The translations under genes were made by a program, and so were the position numbers. Positions 51,403-60,727 of a stretch of DNA of 64,000 nt are shown here, piece by piece. The stretch comes from an uncultured Pseudomonadota bacterium (GTDB lineage: Bacteria; Oederibacteriota; Muellerivitia; Muellerivitales; Muellerivitaceae): contig CAWJKT010000014.1 of the NCBI GenBank assembly GCA_963843375.1, forward strand, positions 64,001-128,000, in the 5' to 3' direction. Below the pieces are notes generated by a model. It did no database searches and was not told the origin of the DNA. It worked only from the letters and a program-made list of their open reading frames with translations. How positions within the stretch are numbered: position 1 is the first letter of the stretch; every line of letters starts with the position of its first letter.

Positions 51403-53089
51403 TGATCAAGGAACGCCGCGCGACTTTAGCTGGAATTCCGCTAAAGGCCCACTGTGGACATATCGCAGCTCTTTTCCTAGGTATGTTCACGTTTGCTGCC
51501 CTTTCCGCAACCATGGCACAGACTTTGAGTACGGGCGGGGTGGAATCTCCTTTTGAACTGGGAGGATCCGCTTGGGCCCAGGGAATGGGTGGGGCTGTCG
51601 CTGCGGTCTCGGGTTATGGGGATAGTTTTTTCGAGAATCCCGCGTCCCTCGCGACGGTCCAGGATCACGAAATCCTGACGTTCCACGCGCCCTTGTTCCT
51701 CGACACCCTTTATGATTCGGTTGGTTATGTCCAGCCAGTCGGCCGTAATACCAGTTTCGGTTTAGCTTTGAATCGATTGGGGGTTTCAAACATTTTGGAA
51801 ACCACCACCAACATCCAGGCCCTCTCCAACTTTTCTTTTGCGGAGTATGAGGGGCTTTTGGGTTATGGATTCCGCCCGTTACCGAATTTGGATTTTGGAG
51901 GCAACGTAAAATTCGTCTTTGAACAATTGGGAAGTTACCAGGGAAGCGGCGGAGGCTTGGATCTGGGCCTTTTGTATCACTTTTCCACTACCCGGGCGGA
52001 TTTTAATCTGGTCGGGGTGCGGAATATCACTCTGGGGTTCTCAGTTTCCAACGTTCTTCAACCGCAAACCAAGCTATTCCAACTGGCGGATAATCCGGCC
52101 CGTGTTTATCGTCCGGCCTTCGCTTACTATTATGAATTTCCTGGATCCCAAAGCGATTTGTGGGCAACGGTTGAGGGTGAAATTCCGGACAGCGGTGAAA
52201 AGCTCGTCCGCGGGGGGGTGCAATACGGATGGAAGAAAATGATTTTCGTCCGTGCGGGTTTTGATGGGGTGGGCCCAACTGCGGGTGCGGGATTACGTTA
52301 TTATGATTTTGAGTTTGATTACGCTTATGATCAGCAGGATTTGGGAGCCTTGAACCAGTTTTCTCTGACTTACCGTTTTGGACATTATGTGGACCCGCTG
52401 GAAGCTCAAAAAATTGACCTGTTAAAATGGGTGGCCCAAAGTTACACCAAAGACAATGATTTTGACCCGGCCATCAAAGCCTGGCAAAACGTACAGCGTG
52501 AATTTCCAGACGACACGGAAGCTTCCCGGGCCATCCGGGAAATCCAACAACAACGAAAAGACCTGGTTCAGGATCAACTCAAGATGGCGCGATCTGCCAT
52601 GAACCGGGGCGATTTTGAGAAGGCGGTTCCGCTGATTGCCAAGGTGTTAAGTTTGGACCCGGGAATTCCGAGGCCAAAGCGCTCTTAAGCCAAGTCGATA
52701 AAAAAACGTTGATTTCGACCAATTATACCCGCGGGGTTGAGGCTTATAGCCGTGAAGATTATGGCTTGGCGATTCAATACTTGGAAATGGTCTACGAAGT
52801 GGATACCCATTACCGGGATGTCAATTTCCTTTATCACGACGCCCAAAGCCATTATCTTCCCCTGGAGTCCATGCCAAAGGATTTAACCGAGCTTTATGCC
52901 CAGGGAGTGAATTACTATATAAGCGGTGATTACCAGAAAGCCATTGAGTCTTGGGAGAAAGTGTTGGACAAGAGCCCCAAAAATTTTCTTGTTCGTCGTA
53001 ACATCGAGGAAGCGCGAAGCCGCTTAAAGGACAAGGCGATTCCGGGATCTTCCCCCGCCGGAGATCAGGAGCCTATTAACAAACCATGA
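51402..53089 (+). CDS. PorV-like beta-barrel fused to C-terminal TPRs; frameshift near 52662
   Basis: FELGGSA...GMGGA...FENPASL; barrel ends FSLTYRFG; adding one G to GGG 52661-52663 gives LSLDPGNSEAKALL and joins the 52709-53089 TPR ORF. Confidence 0.78.
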
Positions 53090-55479
53090 ACTTAAACCCT
53101 TTTATTTATCGAATTCTTTCGCGCCTTCCTTTCGAACCCAAACGGCGACTTTTTCGCCTGGAAGTGGAAGCTAAAGACATTGAGCTCCTGACGGTCAAAG
53201 ATTTTGTCCAAAGGGTTTGTGATTCGGCGGGTTGTACCCCTAAGGAAACCTCCAATATCAAGCTTGCAATTGATGAGGCCTGCAGCAATATCATCCGTCA
53301 CGCCTACAAGGATAAAGCTGACGGGAAAATCGTCTTGGAGATGGGAATCGGTTTTGCCGACTTGATGATCAAAGTCATTGATTACGGCAAGCCGTTCGAT
53401 TTCCGGGGGGTCAAAGATCCGGACCTGAATCATTACGTTGACATCGGAAAAAAAGGCGGGCTTGGAATATGGCTCATCAAGAAAGTCATGACCGATGTTC
53501 GTTATACGGCTTTTCCGGATCACAATGAGCTGATACTTTATCGCCTTCTTTCAAAAGCCCCGCCCAAGGAATTGGGCCTCAAAAAGGGAAGTTACTCGAT
53601 TTCGACGAAGTTCTCCTTGGGATCGATTGTTTTGATATTTTTCATCATCGCCTCGGCTTTCTTTTATCTCAATAAACAACAGCAAGCGCGGGTTTTTCAA
53701 CAACAAAGGGAAAACGTGGTGGCGACTCTTCAGACCATGTCTTCTGAAGCTGGCATTTTTATGGCACGCAAAAGCGACCTTGAGTTGGACCGTTTGATTC
53801 GGGAGGTGCTCCGGGGGGACAAAGACAGGGTTTTAAGTTATGCCTTTTTCGTCAGTCCTGAGGGCAGGTATCTGGCGCATTCCGATTTAAACCAACTTTT
53901 TAAGGTTTATTCGCCGCCACCTGATGTTCAAATGACCCGGAATCCGGGCATTCAAATCTTCCGAATAAAGAAAACCGAGGGTGTCCTGACGGATTATGCC
54001 ACAGCCGTTTATTATCACGGACAATGGATGGGTGAGGTCCACTTGGGTGAAAGCGACGCCGCCATCCAGCAAATAGCCTCCAGGGTGAAAATCGATTTGG
54101 CGAAACTGATGGGATTAATCGTTCTTGTCAGCGTTATCGGCCTTTATTTCCTTTCTCGCATTTTCATTAAGCCTTTCCATAAAATTTTGGAAGGGGTCCA
54201 TGCCATGAGCATGGGCAATTTAAACGCAAAAATCGACGTGGAAAGCCAGGACGAATTCGGCCAATTGGCCAATATATTCAACGACATGACTACTAAAATC
54301 CAGGATTCCCAGAAGGGAATGGTGGAAAACGAGAGAATGCAAAAGGAAATGCAGGTGGCCCAGGAAATCCAGCATACCCTTTTGCCTGGTGAGTTTCCTC
54401 AAATCGAAGGCTACGAGATTGGGGCCACCTATCGGGCTGCCAAGGAAGTCGGGGGGGACTATTATGACTTTTTTTGGGTCGACCCGACCACGCTTGGAAT
54501 CGTAGTAGCGGACGTTTCGGGCAAGGGCGTGCCCGGCTCGCTGGTCATGACCATGATCCGGACGGCCATGCGTCTGGAATCGCGGGGAAACCGGTCATCG
54601 TCAAGTGTTTTGGCCAAAGTTAACCAGCATGTCACTGCGGACATGAAGCGGGGGATGTTCGTGACGATGTTTTATATCATTTTGGATTCCCGAAACCGCT
54701 CGATCAATTTTTCCAGCGCCGGGCACAATCCCATGATCCTATACCGGGGAAAAACGAAGGAAGTTTACTTTCTGAAGCCCAAGGGTTTTCCGGTGGGGAT
54801 TGATCTTCCGGAAGAGGATATGTTTGTGAAAAACATGGCGCTTCAAAAGGTCAGCCTCGAGAAAAACGACATGCTTGTGATTTATACCGACGGAATTACG
54901 GAAGCCATGAATCCCGAAAGCGAGCAGTTCGGCGAGGACAGGCTCATTAAGGTCATAAAGGAAAATTCTCATCTCACTCCGGCGGAGTTCGTGGATAAAC
55001 TTAATGAGGCCATCGCCCAATTCACCCGTGGAGCGGAGCAGAACGATGACATTACGATTGTGGCCATTAAAGAAAAAATGAAGGCCGAGAACGTGGAGTT
55101 CAAGTTCCGGAAAAAACTCTTGGATTTGGTCGAAAAGAAAGGTTTGTCCGTGGCGGAGGCCTGCCGACAAATGAACACATCCACTAATACCTATTACCGG
55201 TTCAAGAAAATATTTGTGGAGAAGGGAAAAGATGGATTGAAGCCGGTAAAAAATAAAAAGCGAGGGGAAATTGGGGAACTTCCTCTTCCCCAGCAGCAAG
55301 CGGTGATGGCGATGGTTCGGGAGCACCCGGAATACGGGGCAAAGCTGATCATGGAAGCGATCGAGAAAAGTTCTAATCCTCCCATGAAGGTCGATCAAAA
55401 GTTGGTTTCGGAGTTCTTGAAGCGAAAAGGGCTAATGGATGTGAAGGCTCGCGAAGCGCTTCGGCACCAACGAGGTTGA
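53086..55479 (+). CDS. Membrane protein fusing RsbW-type HATPase kinase, TM-sensor-TM-HAMP, SpoIIE/PP2C phosphatase and C-terminal HTH
   Basis: LAIDEACSNIIRHAY, DYGKPFD, GGLGIWLI; two TMs; HAMP DEFGQLA..FN.M; EVGGDYYD, VADVSGKG, SAGH, YTDGITE, DDIT; SVAEACR...TYYRFKK HTH. Confidence 0.9.
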   Translation: MNLNPFIYRILSRLPFEPKRRLFRLEVEAKDIELLTVKDFVQRVCDSAGCTPKETSNIKLAIDEACSNIIRHAYKDKADGKIVLEMGIGFADLMIKVIDYGKPFDFRGVKDPDLNHYVDIGKKGGLGIWLIKKVMTDVRYTAFPDHNELILYRLLSKAPPKELGLKKGSYSISTKFSLGSIVLIFFIIASAFFYLNKQQQARVFQQQRENVVATLQTMSSEAGIFMARKSDLELDRLIREVLRGDKDRVLSYAFFVSPEGRYLAHSDLNQLFKVYSPPPDVQMTRNPGIQIFRIKKTEGVLTDYATAVYYHGQWMGEVHLGESDAAIQQIASRVKIDLAKLMGLIVLVSVIGLYFLSRIFIKPFHKILEGVHAMSMGNLNAKIDVESQDEFGQLANIFNDMTTKIQDSQKGMVENERMQKEMQVAQEIQHTLLPGEFPQIEGYEIGATYRAAKEVGGDYYDFFWVDPTTLGIVVADVSGKGVPGSLVMTMIRTAMRLESRGNRSSSSVLAKVNQHVTADMKRGMFVTMFYIILDSRNRSINFSSAGHNPMILYRGKTKEVYFLKPKGFPVGIDLPEEDMFVKNMALQKVSLEKNDMLVIYTDGITEAMNPESEQFGEDRLIKVIKENSHLTPAEFVDKLNEAIAQFTRGAEQNDDITIVAIKEKMKAENVEFKFRKKLLDLVEKKGLSVAEACRQMNTSTNTYYRFKKIFVEKGKDGLKPVKNKKRGEIGELPLPQQQAVMAMVREHPEYGAKLIMEAIEKSSNPPMKVDQKLVSEFLKRKGLMDVKAREALRHQRG

Positions 55480-55504
55480 CAGGGTTTAAGGCTAAAGTGA
55501 TAAT
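55476..55504 (+). promoter_or_regulatory. Internal sigma70 promoter for the STAS gene
   Basis: TTGACA (55476-55481), 17 bp, GATAAT (55499-55504). Confidence 0.6.
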
Positions 55505-55537
55505 AAGCCCGCGGAGGGCCCAATATTCGGAGGAAGT

Positions 55538-55900
55538 ATGGAAAATATTTCGGTAAGTGTATCAGAACATCCCCAAAATAAAGAAATCACCCTCCTGGCC
55601 GTTAAAGGTTTTATCGATACGACCACGGCTCCGGAGTTTGAGAAGAAGTTTCTTACGGTATTGGGCGAAAAGAAATTCAAGTTCGTTGTTGATTTAAAGG
55701 ATGTCAATTACATCAGCAGCGCGGGTTGGGGCATTTTTATCAGTGAGATTAAACGAATTCGGAACCAAAAAGGGGATTTGGTGCTGGTCGGCATGAATCC
55801 CGAGGTCTCGGAGGTTTTCGAGCTTTTGGAATTTAACACCATTTTAAAGTCTTTTCCAAATGTCGAAACCGCCATTAAGAAAGGTTTTGAAAAACCGTAA
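55538..55900 (+). CDS. STAS-domain anti-anti-sigma factor (RsbV/SpoIIAA family)
   Basis: GFIDTTTAPEF, VDLKDVNYISSAG phosphoacceptor motif; GGAGG RBS. Confidence 0.92.
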   Translation: MENISVSVSEHPQNKEITLLAVKGFIDTTTAPEFEKKFLTVLGEKKFKFVVDLKDVNYISSAGWGIFISEIKRIRNQKGDLVLVGMNPEVSEVFELLEFNTILKSFPNVETAIKKGFEKP

Positions 55901-55939
55901 TCCAAAGGATTTGAAGATCCGAAAGTCGGAAAAAAAGAT

Positions 55940-57079
55940 ATGGAATCGGCTGCATTAACCTCCCTCATTGAAATTGAGGGAAAAAACTTCACCATTGAAA
56001 CCTCTCCTATAACGGGTAAGAATCGTCTATCCTCCCTGATTCAATTGGGTGGACGGACTCTTTCTCAGCGTGATTTTGAATTACCTGAGGGGCTGGATGA
56101 AGATGGATTCAAGCATTATCTGCAGGAAACCCATCGCGTTCGTTCGGTCGAATTGGAATCCCTATTTCGTTTGAGCCGAAAAATCGAGGAAAAACCTACG
56201 GCCGATGCTTGTTGGAAAATCGGGGTGATTTTCCTTTCAAACGGTTTTTACGAGGATTCACGCCAGAAATTTCAAAAAGCCCTCGAGATGGAACCCAGGC
56301 ATTTACAAGCCATTAAAAGCTACGGAATCACACTGACCCTTCTGGAAGATTTTGACGGCGCCTTGGCTTCCCTGAATCAAGCGAGGGAATTGGGGCCTTC
56401 GTTTGCGGATATTTATTACCATCTGGGCAATGTTCACTTGTACAAACGCGAACTGGATGAATCGGTTCAATGCTATCTGCAAGCCCTTCAAATCAACCCC
56501 CGTTATGCGGACGCTCGTTTAAGATTGGCCACGGCTTGTGTGGGTTATTTGGCCCAATCTTCCAATCAATTAACGGAGCCTAAAGTAATAGAGTTGTCCG
56601 AAAGGACCAGGACAGAAGCGGAAACGGCGGCCACACTCAACCCAAAAGTTCGAAACCGGGCCTATATGATGGCTATGGATTTTTTGAGAAGTAAAAAATA
56701 TTCACAAGCTTTTCAATCTTTTATTGAAGTTCGTCCGCGTTATGTACCCCGAATAGGCGATGAGATTATTTTTTTCTTTACCTTAACCCTGTTATACGGA
56801 AGCGAAGGTATAGATCAACAGATGACGGATCAATATGTCGATAAATTGTGCAGGGTGATCGAAGAATTTCCTCATTACGCTGATCTGCATCACCATTTGG
56901 GTACCGCTTATTTGATTAAATGCCGCTTTGACGTGAACCGGTCACTGAAGGAGTTCAAAAAAGCCCTGGAAATTAATCCACAATTTCAAAAAGCTATGAC
57001 TAATTCGGCCGACACGGAGGATTTGCATAAGAAAGTATTGACCGTTTTGAAAAAAGCTATTATGCCGCAGGGAAATTAA
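55940..57079 (+). CDS. Cytoplasmic TPR protein with an unknown N-terminal domain
   Basis: PSFADIYYHLG, ALQINPRYADA, PHYADLHHHLG, ALEINPQF TPR motifs; no signal peptide. Confidence 0.82.
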   Translation: MESAALTSLIEIEGKNFTIETSPITGKNRLSSLIQLGGRTLSQRDFELPEGLDEDGFKHYLQETHRVRSVELESLFRLSRKIEEKPTADACWKIGVIFLSNGFYEDSRQKFQKALEMEPRHLQAIKSYGITLTLLEDFDGALASLNQARELGPSFADIYYHLGNVHLYKRELDESVQCYLQALQINPRYADARLRLATACVGYLAQSSNQLTEPKVIELSERTRTEAETAATLNPKVRNRAYMMAMDFLRSKKYSQAFQSFIEVRPRYVPRIGDEIIFFFTLTLLYGSEGIDQQMTDQYVDKLCRVIEEFPHYADLHHHLGTAYLIKCRFDVNRSLKEFKKALEINPQFQKAMTNSADTEDLHKKVLTVLKKAIMPQGN

Positions 57080-57232
57080 ACACATCCAGCCGAAAAAATT
57101 AGAACCACTGAAATTATCAAGGAAGTTAAAAGTATTTTGTCTTAAAACCTATAGAAGTTTTCGTTTTCAGCTTTTGGGGTGGCCCGGGTAAAGGGTTAAG
57201 GAAACCGTGGTTAAACTTTGGTTTAAGACGGT

Positions 57233-57616
57233 TTAGGTTTCGGATGGAGGAGTCAGCGAGTAGTTAGTTTCCAAAAACTTAATATGTTCGGAAGTGACCT
57301 TTTCGAAATTCACGCCATAAGCGTATCTGCCCATGGTTTTCATGGGGTTCTTACGGGCCCAAACGACCTTACCCATATAAACGACGCTATGACTTCCGTC
57401 CAATGAGTCCAATTCAAGGATAATGTCGTTATTATTGTCGAGGGTCTTATTGGAATAGATTTGGGCCCCTGTGGAACTGACGTTGACAAGTTGGGCGCGA
57501 AAGACAGCCCCGTCCCTGGAGGGATCTGCAAGACGTCCTTTGATTGTTTTCACCATGACGACTCGGCGGTTGGTCCTCAAATTGCCTTTGGATTGAGGAC
57601 GAACTGTTTTTTTCAT
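57233..57616 (-). CDS. PilZ-domain protein (candidate c-di-GMP receptor)
   Basis: RTNRR (RxxxR), NVSSTG (D/NxSxxG), GKVVW, YGVNF. Confidence 0.85.
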   Translation of the reverse strand: MKKTVRPQSKGNLRTNRRVVMVKTIKGRLADPSRDGAVFRAQLVNVSSTGAQIYSNKTLDNNNDIILELDSLDGSHSVVYMGKVVWARKNPMKTMGRYAYGVNFEKVTSEHIKFLETNYSLTPPSET

Positions 57617-57644
57617 GGGATATCCCCTTAAGGTGGGTTAAACG

Positions 57645-57653
57645 ACTATAGCA
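57645..57653 (-). promoter_or_regulatory. Extended -10 element upstream of the PilZ gene
   Basis: TG-C-TATAGT on the minus strand, about 29 bp before the ATG. Confidence 0.4.
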
Positions 57654-57753
57654 TAACACCATCTTCCGCGAGGCGGAAGAAAAACATCCCGCTTTTTGCG
57701 GGTTCAAATGAAATGGGCGAGCACAAACATCTGGAAAAAGAGGTTCTAAAGCA

Positions 57754-59229
57754 ATGACTTCGGTTCGAGTTCGATTTGCCCCGAGTCCGACAGGTTTCCT
57801 CCACGTGGGAGGGGCCCGGACGGCGCTTTTTAATTGGCTCTTTGCCCGCCATTCAGGCGGGAAATTTATTCTTCGAATTGAGGATACCGATCGGGAGAGA
57901 TCCAAGCCCGAATACGAAGAAGCCATCATCCGAGATTTACAATGGCTGGGATTAGATTGGGACGAAGGGCCCGCAATCGGTGGTTCCGATGGGCCTTATC
58001 GTCAGACAGAACGGGCGGCTTTATACCGAGTGCAATTGAAAAAGTTGATTTCTTTGGGGAATGCTTATTATTGTTTTTGCAGTCACAAAGAATTGGAAGC
58101 GGAACGGGCAGCTGTTCAACTTTTGGGTAAAAGTTTTCGATATTCCGGCAAGTGCCGGGATTTGACCCAAGAGGAAGCGGACGCCAGACGAAAAGCCGGG
58201 CAACCCTTTTCCGTGAGACTCAAAGTTCCCGAGGGGACGACCACTGTCAACGATTTGATTAGAGGTCAGGTTATGGTTGACCATTCGGAAATCGACGATT
58301 TTATCCTGGTGCGAAGCGGGGGAGAACCGACCTACAATTTTGTGGCTGCAGTGGACGACGCTCTGATGAGGATATCCCACGTTATCCGAGGCGACGACCA
58401 CCTTTCCAATACGCCTAAACAAATTCTGATTTACCAGGCTCTTGGGTTTGCCCTGCCTCAATTTGCTCACATTCCCTTGATCCTTGGAGCCGATCGAACC
58501 CCACTTTCCAAGCGTCATGGGGCAAATTCGGTTGGAGAATTTAAGCGCCATGGCTATCTTCCGGAAGCCATGATGAACTACCTGGCCTTGTTAGGTTGGT
58601 CTTTTGACGGAAAAACCGAGATTTTCTCCAAAGATGACCTGATTAAGCATTTTGGCCTTGAACGGGTGATTAAAAGCCCGGCTTGTTTTGACTATGACAA
58701 ACTCCAATGGTTAAACGGTCATTATATTCGCGAAGCGGACGAGGAGCGGATATACCAACTTTGCCTGGAATATCTTTGGGATGCGGACGCGATTAATGCC
58801 GATTTTATGCGGGAAGGCGGGCCAGCCCTTAAAAGAATGGTGGGAACGGTCAAGAATAGTCTTAAAACAATTTCGGATGTTGGCGAACAATTAACCTACT
58901 TTTTAGGAGAAGTTCACTCTTACGATCCCCGAGCCTTGGAAAAATACCTGATCCCCCAAACGGTTCCTGTTTTAGAAGAAGCGGTTTGGGTTTTAGAAGA
59001 TTCGGTTGATTTCACCGCGATGACTTTAGAAGAGCGGTTCCGTCAAAATGCGGTAAAAAAAGGAAGAAAATTCGCGGAATATGTCCATCCCATGCGCCTT
59101 GCAATCACGGGAAAATCGGCAAGCCCGAATTTATTTGAGTTAATCGAAATTTTGGGCAAAGGACGTTGTATCGTGCGTTTGATGCGGTTTGTACAAATGA
59201 TCAAACATTCAAAAACGCAAATGGTTTGA
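57754..59229 (+). CDS. gltX: Glutamate--tRNA ligase
   Basis: RFAPSPTGFLHVGG, LRIEDTD, YYCFC, HVIRGDDHLSNT, LSKRHG, RLAITG. Confidence 0.96.
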   Translation: MTSVRVRFAPSPTGFLHVGGARTALFNWLFARHSGGKFILRIEDTDRERSKPEYEEAIIRDLQWLGLDWDEGPAIGGSDGPYRQTERAALYRVQLKKLISLGNAYYCFCSHKELEAERAAVQLLGKSFRYSGKCRDLTQEEADARRKAGQPFSVRLKVPEGTTTVNDLIRGQVMVDHSEIDDFILVRSGGEPTYNFVAAVDDALMRISHVIRGDDHLSNTPKQILIYQALGFALPQFAHIPLILGADRTPLSKRHGANSVGEFKRHGYLPEAMMNYLALLGWSFDGKTEIFSKDDLIKHFGLERVIKSPACFDYDKLQWLNGHYIREADEERIYQLCLEYLWDADAINADFMREGGPALKRMVGTVKNSLKTISDVGEQLTYFLGEVHSYDPRALEKYLIPQTVPVLEEAVWVLEDSVDFTAMTLEERFRQNAVKKGRKFAEYVHPMRLAITGKSASPNLFELIEILGKGRCIVRLMRFVQMIKHSKTQMV

Positions 59230-59353
59230 GGGCGATACGGCTATGATTTTCAAAATATTTGAAAATGAAAATAAAGCTTGGGACAATTCTTTGGCCCACT
59301 TAAAATAATGTAGAGAGAACATAAGAGCGAAAAATGTTTGAAAGGAATAGTCC

Positions 59354-59921
59354 ATGGCAACCCATATTATTGATTTTGTGTTTCAACCGAGGTGAGAAAA
59401 AGGGGCGCTTAAGACCAGTCAGTCGCAAGGATTGGGGACAAATCGTGGGTTGGTGGAATGACCCGGATGTTCGACGTCTTTTCGACGTCCATTTCGTGGA
59501 CCAAACCTTCTCCGATGCCGAAAAATGGTTTGCCAAAAATGGCTCGGGTGAGGACGAGAAACTTCCGCGGTCTTTTGTCATTGAAGTGGATGACGATGGA
59601 AAGTGGCTGCCTGTTGGCACTGCTGAATTTTATAGTGAAAGGCCTTCCCATAAGACGGCCGAATTCGGATTCCTTATCGGGGATAAGCAATGGTGGGGCA
59701 AAGGTATCGGCACCGAAACTGCCAAACGGATGGTGATATATGGCCTGGAGGAGTTGGGATATAAGCGAATTGGGGCCGTTTCGGCCGCTTATAACGTACG
59801 TTCCCTCAATGCCCTTCAAAAAGCGGGTTTTCAAATCGAAGGCATCCGAAAAAGTTATGTATTCCGCGATGGTCAGCATCATGACCAAACCGTCATGTCA
59901 ATCATTCGGCCTGAAAAATAA
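59354..59921 (+). CDS. GNAT N-acetyltransferase (RimJ/RimL-like); start uncertain, probable frameshift near 59383
   Basis: AEFGFLIG, WGKGIGTE, NVRS...KAGFQIEG; AAAGGA RBS precedes ATG 59354, which is out of frame with the body; ORF-track start is 59334. Confidence 0.8.
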
Positions 59922-60008
59922 AGCTCCAAAAGTCCCTTTTGAAATTACCAAAAATAAGGGGCCTGTGTTAAAATTCGACCCCTTATCCGATACCTTTCCT
60001 CTTTTCAT

Positions 60009-60082
60009 TGGGAGATCGTCTAATGGTAGGACAGCAGACTCTGACTCTGCTTATCTTGGTTCGAATCCAAGTCTCCCAGCCA
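60009..60082 (+). tRNA. tRNA-Gln (anticodon CTG)
   Basis: Acceptor TGGGAGA/TCTCCCA, anticodon arm GCAGA-CTCTGAC-TCTGC, GGTTCGAATCC T-loop, encoded CCA. Confidence 0.97.
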
Positions 60083-60403
60083 TTTTCAAAAAATCTGTTC
60101 CCAGCACATTTTTAAAAGCTTTTGTTTGCAAGAGTTTCACAACCTGAGCGAACAAGGGCCTTTTTTTTGAAATACCGGTCAATGCCGGTTAGAGACGGTT
60201 AAAATCGGTAAAAAACGGATTCAAATGACACGAATGTGACGCGAGTTTTACCGAACAACTTTCTGAATTTCCAATGTGAATTTAAAAACGGAAGTGGAAG
60301 TGGGGCGCGAAGATGGGGGGATAGGTGTTTTCGGGGAATGATCCCTGGGCTATAATGAATAAAATTCTGGTAGCCTGTTCGTTGAAAATCTTGAGGTAAT
60401 CTC

Positions 60404-60727
60404 GTGGGAATCAGCGAAGACGTCTTAAAAAAAATAGTCCGGCGTATTCTCAAGGTTTACAAAGCCGACAAGATAATTTTGTTTGGTTCCGCCGCAACGG
60501 ACCGCATGACCTCAGACAGTGACATTGATCTATTGATCGTCAAGAAGGGCGTTAAGGACAGGCACGCTGAAAGCGTCAAAATCCACTCCGCTTTGGATGG
60601 TTTGGGATACCCTTTTGATGTCATCGTAATGCCCCTTGAACGGTTCGAGGAAACCAAGAACTATATCGGTGGCCTTGCTTACCCTGCCAACAAGTACGGC
60701 AAAGTTATTTATGCCAAAACAGCCTGA
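60404..60727 (+). CDS. Minimal nucleotidyltransferase (MNT antitoxin)
   Basis: KIILFGS...DSDIDLLIV...FDVIV; overlaps the HEPN gene. Confidence 0.88.
   Translation: MGISEDVLKKIVRRILKVYKADKIILFGSAATDRMTSDSDIDLLIVKKGVKDRHAESVKIHSALDGLGYPFDVIVMPLERFEETKNYIGGLAYPANKYGKVIYAKTA

Noticed and set aside
55100..55479. Insertion sequence
   Set aside because: Only an HTH-like region fused in frame; no DDE domain, terminal inverted repeats or target duplication seen
59740..60147. 135-aa ORF spanning the tRNA
   Set aside because: Overlaps the GNAT gene and tRNA-Gln; no protein motif
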